A stretch of DNA of 64,000 bases from an uncultured Desulfovibrionaceae bacterium (GTDB lineage Bacteria > Bacillota > Dethiobacteria > DTU022 > UBA8154), in contig CAZOOA010000004.1 of assembly GCA_964581355.1 (NCBI GenBank), positions 17,591 through 81,590 on the forward strand, written 5' to 3'. The notes beneath the pieces are model-generated. The model was not told the DNA's origin. It ran no database searches and was given only the letters and a program-made list of their open reading frames with translations. Position 1 is the first letter of the stretch. Every line of letters starts with the position of its first letter. Made by a program: the position numbers and the translations under genes. This document shows, piece by piece, positions 7,735 to 17,210 of the stretch.

Positions 7735-9896
7735 TTTGAAGCATCCCCTTTCACAAGTAATAGAGCCCGGTTGCCTTTTTCATTGTAAAAAAACCGGTCG
7801 CAAAACATATTGGTCATCAAGACTCCCCGCCCCCTATCCTGCGCGCCACGCAAGTCCAGTAAATCATTTAGTTTATCCTGCCAGTTGAAACCTTCTCCCT
7901 GGTCTTCAACAATAGCCGCCATATATTCATCTGTTAGTGCAATCTCCACAAAAACTTTTTTGTTGGGATCCAGCTGGTTACCATGCTCCATAGCGTTGGC
8001 AACTGTCTCATGTAGCCCGCCTATCAAGCAGTAGGCTTTTTCAGATTCTGGTAAAAAGGCGTTGGACCTTTCATGCAGATACCTCAGCTCTTCCAAACGG
8101 CTGTTCAGTTCCAGCTTCATGGTATCTTTATTCTCCGGATCGACCTGTAACACGCAGAAAGTAAGATCATCATCGCCCTGCAGTGAGCCCTCGTTAAATG
8201 CTCGGAAATCTTCTTTGATGGCCTTGGCAATCAACGATGGTGGCAGGTTGCTGTTCTCCAGAAACACCCGTGGAAGGTGTTCATTATAATATTCTCCATT
8301 TACATTCTGTTCCGTCAATCCATCGGTGGCAAATAAAATAGTCGTTCCGGGAGTCAAAGTTAGATGTTCTATAGTAACCTGCATTAATTCCGCAGGAATG
8401 ACAGATGAGATGGGCAGCCCCCTGCAGGTCAGCCGAGACATCGCACCATCAGGAGTTCGGACCAGAGGAGAGCTCTGAAAGCCTGCGCCACAATAGCTGA
8501 GCTCCAGGGTTTCCAGGTCCAGGACAGCCAGGAAAATGCAAATCAGGTATTCCTCGGGAAAGGTTTCCCTGCGGTACTGCCTGTCCAGGTGGCGCAGGAT
8601 TTTCTCCGGCTTCAATTCAGCTGGATTTAAGCTCACATAGCTGTCAATGGCTTCCTTAACAAAAATGCTGAGCATGGCGCCATCAACGCCGTGGCCCATC
8701 ACATCGGAAAAATAGAGCATAAGTTTATTATCCGACTTGATCAGATTATAGAAGTCCCCGCCCAGGCGCTGGGCCGGCTGGTAGAAGGTTTCCAGGGAAA
8801 CCCCTTCCACCTCGGGGAGCTTAGCCGGCAGGGTCCTTGAATGGATACGATGCGCTTTGTTCATTTCTTCGTCCAGCTGGCGGTTGAGTTTTTCCAGCTG
8901 GCGTGTGTAATCGGCCAGCTTTTCTTCAGTTTGTTTGCGCCCGGTAATGTCCAGGCCCAGCCCTAGAACACCCAAAATACCGCCATCTTTCCGGTATAGT
9001 GGAGTTTTAATGGTCTGCAGGACGTGTTTTGCCCCGTCTTTAAAAGTGATAACTTCTTCATATAGCTGTGGTTCTCCCCGGGATAATGTTTTTTCATCTG
9101 TCTCTTTGCAGGTTGCGATTTCTTCCTCTGTCATGGAGGGGTTGTCTGTCCCAAAGCCTGTATTATCCTGAAAAGATTTATTCACAATAATGGGGGTTTG
9201 TTCTGTATCGACCAGCCAGATGCCTATCGGTGCATGATCCAGAATGGATTCGAGAAAATACTTTTGTTCCTGCAGCTGCTTTTGGGAGCGCTGCAGCTCT
9301 TCCTCTTTCTGTTTCGCTTCCGTAACATCAATAATGCTTACCAGGACACGGAAATAGGTTTCTTCATGTCCCGGCACAACAGACCAGTAAAGCTGGACAT
9401 CTATGGGGTCTCCTGCCAGGGTAAGATGTTTTTTTTCTGCTTGATATTTGGTGTTCCCTTCTGCAAGGTTTAAAAGCTTTTCCATAAAGTCTGAATAAGA
9501 TTCATCGGCGAATAACTGGGGCAACCCGGCGAATAACTCTTCTTTGCTTGTTGCTTGATAAAGCGCCAGGGAGGCCAGGTTGACATCAACGATTTTAACC
9601 TTGCCGGCCAACTCCTGAACCAACTCCGGGTGGGCCTCGAAGTGAGAACGAAAATCTTTAATTCCCTGCTTTTTCAACTCATCGATTCGCTGTTTTACTG
9701 CAGAAAAATCCACTTCCCACAAAGAAATGGGAGACGCTTCGAAGAGCTGCCGATATTTTTGCTCGCTTTTTCGCAGTGCCTCTTCTGTTTTCTTCCTCCC
9801 TGTCATATCCTGCAAATGTTCCATAAAACTCAGGTCTCTTCCTTCGAACTTTTGAGCTTCCATAGCGTTGTGAAATTTATCGGGCTTTTGTTTCAT
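7725..9896 (-). CDS. PAS-PAS-PP2C(SpoIIE-like) phosphatase fused to an RsbW-like HATPase_c serine kinase domain
   Basis: There are PAS repeats and coiled coils. The PP2C region reads YQPAQRLGGDFYN...YFSDVMGHGVDGAMLS. The C-terminal HATPase_c reads LHETVANAMEHGN...EDQGEGF...RGRGVLM. Confidence 0.85.
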   Translation of the reverse strand: MKQKPDKFHNAMEAQKFEGRDLSFMEHLQDMTGRKKTEEALRKSEQKYRQLFEASPISLWEVDFSAVKQRIDELKKQGIKDFRSHFEAHPELVQELAGKVKIVDVNLASLALYQATSKEELFAGLPQLFADESYSDFMEKLLNLAEGNTKYQAEKKHLTLAGDPIDVQLYWSVVPGHEETYFRVLVSIIDVTEAKQKEEELQRSQKQLQEQKYFLESILDHAPIGIWLVDTEQTPIIVNKSFQDNTGFGTDNPSMTEEEIATCKETDEKTLSRGEPQLYEEVITFKDGAKHVLQTIKTPLYRKDGGILGVLGLGLDITGRKQTEEKLADYTRQLEKLNRQLDEEMNKAHRIHSRTLPAKLPEVEGVSLETFYQPAQRLGGDFYNLIKSDNKLMLYFSDVMGHGVDGAMLSIFVKEAIDSYVSLNPAELKPEKILRHLDRQYRRETFPEEYLICIFLAVLDLETLELSYCGAGFQSSPLVRTPDGAMSRLTCRGLPISSVIPAELMQVTIEHLTLTPGTTILFATDGLTEQNVNGEYYNEHLPRVFLENSNLPPSLIAKAIKEDFRAFNEGSLQGDDDLTFCVLQVDPENKDTMKLELNSRLEELRYLHERSNAFLPESEKAYCLIGGLHETVANAMEHGNQLDPNKKVFVEIALTDEYMAAIVEDQGEGFNWQDKLNDLLDLRGAQDRGRGVLMTNMFCDRFFYNEKGNRALLLVKGDASKCK

Positions 9897-10263
9897 TTTT
9901 TTACACTCCCATTAAAAAGAAATATTTCTTATTACGGTATATCCAACAAGTAAAAAAATAAGCCCCATAAAAAGATACCAGGCACCTTTAAGTTGCTTAG
10001 AAAGTACTGTTTTGTGTAGAGGCGGAAGCCAACGTGCCCTGTGAGCACCAAGGTCCCTGGAAATGCGATAACTACCAGTGCATTATAGCATAAAGCTTCT
10101 ATTATATTCCCGCTTCTTGCCTCGCTGCTTACACAAAAATGCTAGAATCTCTAACATCTTCTATTCGACAAAAGAGCTGCCATTCCTTTGCAGCAGAGTG
10201 GTTTTTTGAAAGTCCATACTGCCCCGTCGAAGAATCACAACGCCATAGTTCGATTGAAAAAGA

Positions 10264-13200
10264 CTATTGTCCTGTCTGGCTTAAGTGTTGGATTTTACCG
10301 CTGCCGGGAATTGCTTTTTCTGCCAGGTTGACGAAACTTTGGTGATGGGTGAAAAATAGAATCTGGGTTTTTTCTGCAAACTGGCCCAGCACTTTCAAGG
10401 CTTCCTCGGCGCGGATATCGTCGAAGTTAACCAGCAGGTCATCCAGGATAAAAGGCAGCCCTTCGTTCTGCTCCATGTACCTTTCCAGGCCGGACAGGCG
10501 TAAAGAAAGGTACAACTGGTCCAGGGTCCCGTCACTCATGCCTTCAACCCTGACTTCTTCTCCTGAGGTGCGCAAGCCGATAATAACGGGGTTGTCTTTT
10601 TCATCGAAGTCGGTTTTAAGGCCGGCAAAATTCCCGTTTGTCAAGCGGGAAAAGAACCCTCCTGCCAGATTGATCACCGGGCTCTGGTTTGCTTCCCGGT
10701 AGTGTTCAATCCCCCGGCGCAGAATTGTGGAAGCCAAGCGCAGGCGCAGGTACTGTTCAACCTGCAGCTGCAGCCGGGCCAGGGAGCCCTGGGCTTCTTC
10801 AGCTGCCTCCAGGGCTTCTATGGAGGCGCCCTCGATCTTTTCTTCGTATTCCCTCCTGGTCACACCGAAGACCTGGTTTAAGGAATCACGGGCCTGGCGG
10901 TTTTCTTCCAGGGCCTGCTCTATTTCTTCCAGTTCACCGGGCAAGGCATCCCCGTTAACGCCTTTGGCTTCTGCAATTATTTCTTCCAGGGTCAGCCCGC
11001 CACCCAGGGAAAGAAGTTGTTTTTCCAGCCCCTCCAGGTTTTTTTTCAATTCGGACAAGCGTTCAGATTTTTCCTCTGTTACCGGCAACTCCTCCTCTTG
11101 AGCGCAGCGGGCCTGCTTGACCAGTTCTTTCAGGCCGGAATCGGCTTCTTGATAAGCTTTTTTCGCCTTTTTGTCTGTGTTTTCCACTTTCTTCAGCTGC
11201 TGCTCCAGGTTGTCCAGCCGATCTTTTGCCTGCCTTGCTTCGGCTGCCCGGGCCTGGAGCTGTGATGCAGCATAATCGGCCGGCATTTCTGCCAGGTCGG
11301 GGGCCAACTTGTCTACTAAACCCTGCAGGCGGGAGACAAAGTCCCTGGAATAAGCCTGCATTTTTTCCAGGGCAGCCTCTTTCCGGGAGATCTCTGCTTT
11401 TTTTTGAAACAAGGCTTCCAGCCTGTCCAGGTAAGCCGCAGCAGCCTCTACTGTTGTTTTATCAGGCAGGCCAGCTTCGGCAAGAGCTGCAGACCATTGT
11501 TGCATCCAGTTGTCCAGCGAATGTTTTTTTTCATTTACCTGACGTTGGCAGCTGGCCAGGTTATCTTTGATTTCTTGACATATTTTTTCGATGCTTTGCA
11601 GGTTGTTGGCCACTGCCTGGTATTGTTCACCAATATCCTGGGCCCTGTCCAGTAGAGTTTCCAGGGATTCTTCTTGCCCCGGGCCGGGTTCGCCCAGTGC
11701 TTCAAGCTGTCGGCCAATTTCATCCCGGTGCTCTTGAATGGCACGTGCCAGTTCCTTTTCCAGGGCACGTTCTTCTTTTACGCTGTAAATACCTTCAATA
11801 ATCTCCTGGCACTTCTCCAGCCAGGGCAGCATCTCAGATGGTTTCAAAGGAGTAATCCCGGTCTTTTCCCAGGCCTGGACCCAACGGCTATTCAGTTCCT
11901 GCTGCTTCTTTTCCGCTGTCTCCTTTTCCCGGGTTAATGTTGTGATTTTTTCGCGACAATTTTTTATTTCCGATAAGATGATGGTTTTTCGTTCTACGCG
12001 GCTTGCTTCATAGCGCAGGCGGTCGGCTATTTCATCGGCAGCGGTAACGCTCATTTCGTAAGCGACTTCCAGCGGATGTCCGGCACGAAATGCTTGTTCT
12101 TCCTCTTTGTCCCGCTGTCCTTCCAGCCAGGCCCGGCGCACCAGGTGCCAGCCAAACTGCCTGTGTTTCCGGGCCTCTTCCAGTTTTTCTTCCGTAGGGA
12201 CATCAGCGCCCAGTTCCCCGCTGGTAAGCTGCTCCTGGTTGGCCGTAAGTTTTTGTTCCTCCTCTTCCAGGCGTTCATTAATTTTTTTGATCCGCTCATC
12301 CGCTTCCTTGAATTCTTGTTCGAATGAGCGAACCGTTTCTACGAGAGGTAAAGACAGGCTCAGCAATTCCTTGAAAGTGCCGGACCACAGCCCCAGGGAG
12401 TCCAGCTTGCTTTTTAGCTTTGACTCCCGTGTATCAGCAACGGAACGAATTTTCCGGAGTTCTTTTTCCGGCTCCCCTTTTTTTCTGGCCCTGTTGACTG
12501 CCTTTAACAGGGCACTTGCATCTTTTTGAGGGCCGGCCTTTTCCTTTTCTTGTTCTTGTCGCTGCAGGGAAACTTCCAGTTCTTTAACCTGTTTTTGCGC
12601 AGTGCGGTAATTATTCTGCAACAGGGGGTATTCACTGATTAGCTTTTTTATTTCTTCAGCCCGGGGCAAAGGCAGCCTTAAAGATTCCGCCTCTTCAAGT
12701 GTAGTTAATGAAGGTTGAAGGTGGCGTAACAGCGCAAGAGCTTCTTCCTGCAGTTCCTTTTTCTCACCCTGCAGAGTAGGTATCTCCTGGATGTAGTTGC
12801 GGTACGTATCCAGGCGTTCCTGCAGGGATGATATATCCCCGCCATGTTCCAGGAATTCCTTTTGAACCGTTATCTGCTCCATCGCTTTTTTCAGTTCTTC
12901 CAGATCATCTTCCGCCTGCTTGACCAGGTTTTTTGCCGCTAGCCGCTTATTCTCCAGTTCGATACGCCGATCTTTAAAGGAAGTGGGAAGCAAAGGAATA
13001 TCCGACAGGGCATTAATTTCTTCCAGGTGCTGCTGCCGCTGGGCCAGCAAAGGAAGGGTATTTTTCAATCTTTCCAGGCGGGCTTTCTTCATGGACAGAT
13101 ATTTTTCTTCCTCCTGGAGCTGTTCTACCTGCTTTTTTTCTTCCAGGTACTTATGTTCCAGCTCTTGCCATTTCCTGGGTGCCAGGGACAGTTCACCACT

Positions 13201-13779
13201 TTTTCGGTTGATCTCCCTGTAGCGCTCAATGCTGGCATTGATTGGAGGTTTGGAGCCACTGGGCTTATAAAGTTCGCCGGCTTCTTTTTCCAGTTCTTGA
13301 AACACCTCCCGCAAACTGCCTATCCCTGAAGCCGCCTCGAAAAGAGCCTCCCCCAGGGAACCCTGCCCTTTGAGAAGATTTTCCCCTCCGGCCCGCAAAC
13401 TTTGGTGGTCCATGCCGAACATGAGGGAATAAAACTCCCGGTTGAGTGATCCCAGGAACTGCTGCAGGAAACTCTCATCCACGGCGCCGCCTTCTTGATT
13501 TAAAAGAGTGTTTTTCGTCCCCTTGCGGCGTGTTAGCTGATATTGATTTCCATTGCTGTCTTCCAGGACCGCTTCAATACGCAGTTTGCTGGATGGATGA
13601 AGGTATGCATCGGGACTGGTATGGGGAAACCCAAAAAAGAAGTCCCGGATAGCCCGTAGTATTGTCGTCTTGCCGGCTTCGTTTAAGCCGTAAACCAGGT
13701 TAAACCCTTTATTCTCAAAATTGAGCACGAAATTGCTGAAAGGTCCAAAAGCTTTCAGGTTGAGCTGTATTATTCTCAC
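10264..13779 (-). CDS. SbcC-like AAA ATPase (YhaN/SbcE family), 1171 aa
   Basis: The N-terminal Walker A is GLNEAGKTT. Coiled coils are very long. The C-terminus has LSGLE...LPFILDDLLVNFD (signature, Walker B, D-loop). It overlaps the Mre11-like gene by 4 nt. Confidence 0.8.
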   Translation of the reverse strand: MRIIQLNLKAFGPFSNFVLNFENKGFNLVYGLNEAGKTTILRAIRDFFFGFPHTSPDAYLHPSSKLRIEAVLEDSNGNQYQLTRRKGTKNTLLNQEGGAVDESFLQQFLGSLNREFYSLMFGMDHQSLRAGGENLLKGQGSLGEALFEAASGIGSLREVFQELEKEAGELYKPSGSKPPINASIERYREINRKSGELSLAPRKWQELEHKYLEEKKQVEQLQEEEKYLSMKKARLERLKNTLPLLAQRQQHLEEINALSDIPLLPTSFKDRRIELENKRLAAKNLVKQAEDDLEELKKAMEQITVQKEFLEHGGDISSLQERLDTYRNYIQEIPTLQGEKKELQEEALALLRHLQPSLTTLEEAESLRLPLPRAEEIKKLISEYPLLQNNYRTAQKQVKELEVSLQRQEQEKEKAGPQKDASALLKAVNRARKKGEPEKELRKIRSVADTRESKLKSKLDSLGLWSGTFKELLSLSLPLVETVRSFEQEFKEADERIKKINERLEEEEQKLTANQEQLTSGELGADVPTEEKLEEARKHRQFGWHLVRRAWLEGQRDKEEEQAFRAGHPLEVAYEMSVTAADEIADRLRYEASRVERKTIILSEIKNCREKITTLTREKETAEKKQQELNSRWVQAWEKTGITPLKPSEMLPWLEKCQEIIEGIYSVKEERALEKELARAIQEHRDEIGRQLEALGEPGPGQEESLETLLDRAQDIGEQYQAVANNLQSIEKICQEIKDNLASCQRQVNEKKHSLDNWMQQWSAALAEAGLPDKTTVEAAAAYLDRLEALFQKKAEISRKEAALEKMQAYSRDFVSRLQGLVDKLAPDLAEMPADYAASQLQARAAEARQAKDRLDNLEQQLKKVENTDKKAKKAYQEADSGLKELVKQARCAQEEELPVTEEKSERLSELKKNLEGLEKQLLSLGGGLTLEEIIAEAKGVNGDALPGELEEIEQALEENRQARDSLNQVFGVTRREYEEKIEGASIEALEAAEEAQGSLARLQLQVEQYLRLRLASTILRRGIEHYREANQSPVINLAGGFFSRLTNGNFAGLKTDFDEKDNPVIIGLRTSGEEVRVEGMSDGTLDQLYLSLRLSGLERYMEQNEGLPFILDDLLVNFDDIRAEEALKVLGQFAEKTQILFFTHHQSFVNLAEKAIPGSGKIQHLSQTGQ

Positions 13780-15041
13780 TGGCCAAGCCCCTCCTTTCTC
13801 ATCAAGCGGGAAAGGATTAATTCTTCCACTTCGGGTAGAAGCTTCTGCAGGTACCCGGGATCACCAGGGTCTATCTCTCCGTCTTTAAACAGTTCCGGCG
13901 GCAGGTTTTTTTTATCCCGCTCCAGTTCAGAGATTAGTTCCTTTAAAATCTGCTCGTCCCCTGCAGCCTGGTGAAGATACTGCAGCAGGGAAGCAACAGG
14001 GTTGCTGGAAAGCAGTTCATCCATATTGACCCGGGGACTGGTATTGACTTTGACTTTTTCCACCCAGGCACTGTCTATCCCCCGGTCAACGGCTACCGCC
14101 CGCAAGTCATTATTCAGGCGGAAGGGATCATTGAGCAAAGAACCGTGGACCTGGCAGGCCCCCGAGATGATAACACGCAGAGCCAACAGCCGTCCCTCGC
14201 TTTGGCTGAGAGCACTATCGATGCTCTGGCCTGCCCTTTCCAGGACTTCTTCATATGTTTCCGCCTCTTCCGCATCCACCTGGCAAAGAACCCAGCGTAA
14301 CACATCCAGGGGATGATGCTCCACCGAGTTTATGCGGCCCTGCTGCACCTGGACGAGGGTGCATCCCTTGGCCCCCTGTTCACGAATATGTCGACCCTGG
14401 ATATTGCCTGGAAAGATAATAGCGGGGTTTTCACTGATCACTTCCCTTCGATGTACGTGGCCCAGGGCCCAGTAATCATAGCCGATGTTCTTCAGATGGC
14501 TGAGATCGCAGGGGGCGTACGGCTCATGACCTTCTCTTCCCGAAGCACAGGTATGCAGCAGGCCTATATTAAAATAGTCCTTGATTGGACCGGGATAATT
14601 CCTGGATAGATCCTCGGTAACCGCCGGGGTGTGAAACCCCTGGCCGTGCAGCGCCACCCCCAAATCATCCAGGGTAACGGTTTCAGGCGCTGCCGTGGAA
14701 AAGTCTTTGACGTTATCGGGTAAACGCAGCATACGGGTAATCTGGCTGGCTGCATCATGATTGCCTCGAATAAAATACAGGTTTATATCCGCCTCTTTCA
14801 ACCGGGCCGCTTGAGAAGTGAAAAAAAGCCCGGTGTTGTAATCCCGCCAATCCCCGTCGTAAAGATCGCCGGCAATAAGTACAAAACAAACCTTTTCTTT
14901 TAAGGCCAGATCCACCAGGTTTTGAAAGGCCCTGCGTGTAGCAGCCCGGATATAATCCACCGGAGCTCCCTCATACCGCTCCAAGCCCCGAAGGGGGCTG
15001 TCCAGGTGAATATCTGCAGCGTGGATAAAGGAAAAATCCAT
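13776..15041 (-). CDS. SbcD/Mre11-like metallophosphoesterase nuclease (YhaO/SbcF family)
   Basis: MDFSFIHAADIHLD...VLIAGDLYD...GNHD... are the calcineurin-like phosphoesterase motifs I-IV. It pairs with the downstream ATPase. Confidence 0.85.
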   Translation of the reverse strand: MDFSFIHAADIHLDSPLRGLERYEGAPVDYIRAATRRAFQNLVDLALKEKVCFVLIAGDLYDGDWRDYNTGLFFTSQAARLKEADINLYFIRGNHDAASQITRMLRLPDNVKDFSTAAPETVTLDDLGVALHGQGFHTPAVTEDLSRNYPGPIKDYFNIGLLHTCASGREGHEPYAPCDLSHLKNIGYDYWALGHVHRREVISENPAIIFPGNIQGRHIREQGAKGCTLVQVQQGRINSVEHHPLDVLRWVLCQVDAEEAETYEEVLERAGQSIDSALSQSEGRLLALRVIISGACQVHGSLLNDPFRLNNDLRAVAVDRGIDSAWVEKVKVNTSPRVNMDELLSSNPVASLLQYLHQAAGDEQILKELISELERDKKNLPPELFKDGEIDPGDPGYLQKLLPEVEELILSRLMRKEGLGQ

Positions 15042-15276
15042 TTTAACCCTCCAAAAGCATATTCAAGTTAAGGCAATATTGGCACAACAGATCAATATAT
15101 CATGCACTAAATCCTGCATAATTTACAATATTCAACATCTGAAGCGATTTTCCTTTGTTAATTTCTGCTGTATTTTTTGCAGTAATATATTAAACAAAAA
15201 ATGCATCTGCCTTTAGTCTGCAGTGAAAAACCCGCAGCTGGCATAAACCAGCGCACCGCAAATAAACATTTATTTA

Positions 15277-15305
15277 TTGACAAATATTATAATTAAGTAT
15301 AAATT
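15277..15305 (+). promoter_or_regulatory. Putative sigma-A-type promoter for the suf operon
   Basis: TTGACA is at 15277-15282. The -10 candidate is ATAAAT/TAAATT at a 16-17 nt spacer. It lies about 65 nt upstream of the GTG start. Confidence 0.3.
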
Positions 15306-15368
15306 TAATGCAAACCCATATTCAAGCACCTGGTAATCCCAGGTCGTGAACTGGAAAGAGGTGATGAT

Positions 15369-16115
15369 GTGCTTAAACTGGAAAACATGGGGCTTTCACT
15401 GCAGGTGGAAGAACAGTCCATCAGGATTTTGGAGAACATCAATTTGGAGTTTGAGCAAGGGAAAATGTATGCCCTGACCGGCCCCAACGGGAGCGGAAAA
15501 TCTTCCATAGCCCGGGCGATCATGGGGATCCATCAGCCCACAGAAGGCAAGATTTATTTTCAGGGAGAAGATATTACGGATCTGTCTGTCACCAACCGGG
15601 CCAGAAAGGGCTTTGGGTATGCCTTCCAGCATCCGGCACGGTTTAAAGGGCTGCAGGTTAAAGATTTAATTGAAGTAGCTTTGAAACATGGAGACTTGGA
15701 AGATTGCATGTGCCTGCGCAATATCGGGTTGTGTCCCGATGATTACCTGAACCGGACCTTGGACAACAGCCTATCCGGGGGAGAAATCAAACGGATTGAA
15801 ATTGCCACAATCCTGGCACAGAATCCCCGGGTACGAATCTTTGATGAACCAGAGGCAGGAATTGACCTCTGGAGTTTTGAACAGCTTATTGATGTGATCG
15901 GGAATAGCCACGGACCGAATAATATGACCGTTATTATCTCCCACCAGGAGAAAATTTTGAACATGGTCGATGAGATCATCCTGGTTATAGATGGACACAT
16001 CGAAATGAAAGGCTCTTGTAGTGAAATCTGGCCCCGGATCCAGGATGGAGCAACCTGTGCCTGCAAAAAATCTTGTCAGAAAGAGGGTGAAATTTATGCT
16101 GACTGCCCTCGATAA
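15369..16115 (+). CDS. sufC: SufC-like ABC ATPase (Fe-S cluster assembly)
   Basis: It has a GTG start with an AAGAGG SD. Walker A is GPNGSGKSS. The signature is LSGGEIKR. Walker B is IFDEPEAGID. Total length is 248 aa. Confidence 0.8.
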   Translation: MLKLENMGLSLQVEEQSIRILENINLEFEQGKMYALTGPNGSGKSSIARAIMGIHQPTEGKIYFQGEDITDLSVTNRARKGFGYAFQHPARFKGLQVKDLIEVALKHGDLEDCMCLRNIGLCPDDYLNRTLDNSLSGGEIKRIEIATILAQNPRVRIFDEPEAGIDLWSFEQLIDVIGNSHGPNNMTVIISHQEKILNMVDEIILVIDGHIEMKGSCSEIWPRIQDGATCACKKSCQKEGEIYADCPR

Positions 16116-17013
16116 AAAGCTGCTTCAAGAAGTGGCGGACTTGCACGACAAGCCGCCCGGGGCTTTTAATATCCGCAAAGACGGTCAGGGCATTGAAAGA
16201 CATTCCCTGCCGGGGATCGAAATTATCCCCAAGGAAGACAAACCCGGCATTGACATTAAAGTAGAGCCCGGAAAAACAGGGACAGTGCATATCCCTGTGA
16301 TCCTGACTTCCTCCGACTTCCAAGACCTGGTCTATAACACCATTGAAATCGGTGAAGGGGCCGATATCCTGCTGGTGGCGGGGTGCGGAATCCATAATCC
16401 CGGTGACGGCACGGCTCAACACGACGGAGTTCATGAGATTAATGTGCGGCGCAATGCCAAATTGCGTTATGTAGAGAAGCATTTCGGTGAAGGAGAAGGC
16501 GGGGGAAAGCGGGTTTTAAACCCCAAAACCGTTCTAAGCGTGGAAGAAAAGGCCTATGCTGAACTGGAACTGGTCCAGATCCGGGGCGTGGATACCACAT
16601 CCCGGGTGACTGAAGCCAGTGTGGCGGCAGGAGGGATGTTGGTTATGTTTGAGCGTTTGCTAACCGATCAAGAACAGTTTGCTGAGTCGGAAATGGTGGT
16701 TAAGTTAACCGGGGAGAATAGCTCAGCCCGTATCATTTCCCGCTCTGTAGCCCAGGACTCTTCCCGACAGATCTTCAAGCCCCAACTGATCGCCTACGCC
16801 CTGGCCAAAGGCCATGTGGAATGCGATTCAATTATTATGGATCAGGCCGTGGTTCGCTCCATACCGGAGATTTGGGCCGAACATGCCGAGGCAGAGCTGG
16901 TCCACGAAGCAGCTATTGGCAAAATAGCCGGTGACCAGGTAATGAAATTAATGGCCCTGGGTTTAACACCCAAAGAAGCGGAAGAAAAGATTATTAGCGG
17001 TTTTTTAACGTAA
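16096..17013 (+). CDS. SufB/SufD-family Fe-S cluster assembly protein
   Basis: ATG at 16096 is preceded by AGAAAGAGGGTGA, and the protein reads MLTALDKKLLQEV.... It overlaps sufC by 20 nt. The SufBD beta-helix region reads ...IIMDQAVVRSIPEIWAE.... The ORF-track start at 16021 is an upstream in-frame artefact. Confidence 0.75.
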   Translation: MLTALDKKLLQEVADLHDKPPGAFNIRKDGQGIERHSLPGIEIIPKEDKPGIDIKVEPGKTGTVHIPVILTSSDFQDLVYNTIEIGEGADILLVAGCGIHNPGDGTAQHDGVHEINVRRNAKLRYVEKHFGEGEGGGKRVLNPKTVLSVEEKAYAELELVQIRGVDTTSRVTEASVAAGGMLVMFERLLTDQEQFAESEMVVKLTGENSSARIISRSVAQDSSRQIFKPQLIAYALAKGHVECDSIIMDQAVVRSIPEIWAEHAEAELVHEAAIGKIAGDQVMKLMALGLTPKEAEEKIISGFLT

Positions 17014-17065
17014 AGCACATTTAAAGTCTCCACCTTTCATGTTGCAAATCACGAGGCAAATAAGT

Positions 17066-17110
17066 CAGGCTTCCCGGTGTTATTGATGACGGGAAGCCTG
17101 TTTTATTTCT
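17066..17110 (+). terminator. Rho-independent terminator after the suf genes
   Basis: CAGGCTTCCCG-N13-CGGGAAGCCTG is followed by TTTTATTTCTT. Confidence 0.65.
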
Positions 17111-17210
17111 TGAGTCTGCTTGCAGCTTATCTTTTTAATCCAGGCAATATCTGATATAATAAATTGAGGATTCTGAACTTAGTTCTGGGAATCCACTATG
17201 AAATGGAGGG

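Noticed and set aside
10689-12529. Multiple plus-strand ORFs of 80-140 aa opposite the SbcC-like gene
   Set aside because: They are antisense shadow ORFs in a coiled-coil-coding region with high codon periodicity. There is no RBS support.
10264-15041. Large AAA ATPase (1171 aa) plus metallophosphoesterase nuclease. Considered as a possible novel ATPase-nuclease defence system.
   Set aside because: The architecture is the canonical SbcC/SbcD-like YhaN/YhaO (SbcE/SbcF) DNA-repair pair. It has an N-terminal Walker A, long coiled-coils and C-terminal signature, Walker B and D-loop motifs, alongside Mre11-type motifs I-IV. It is translationally coupled (ATGA). It is housekeeping repair, not a new system.
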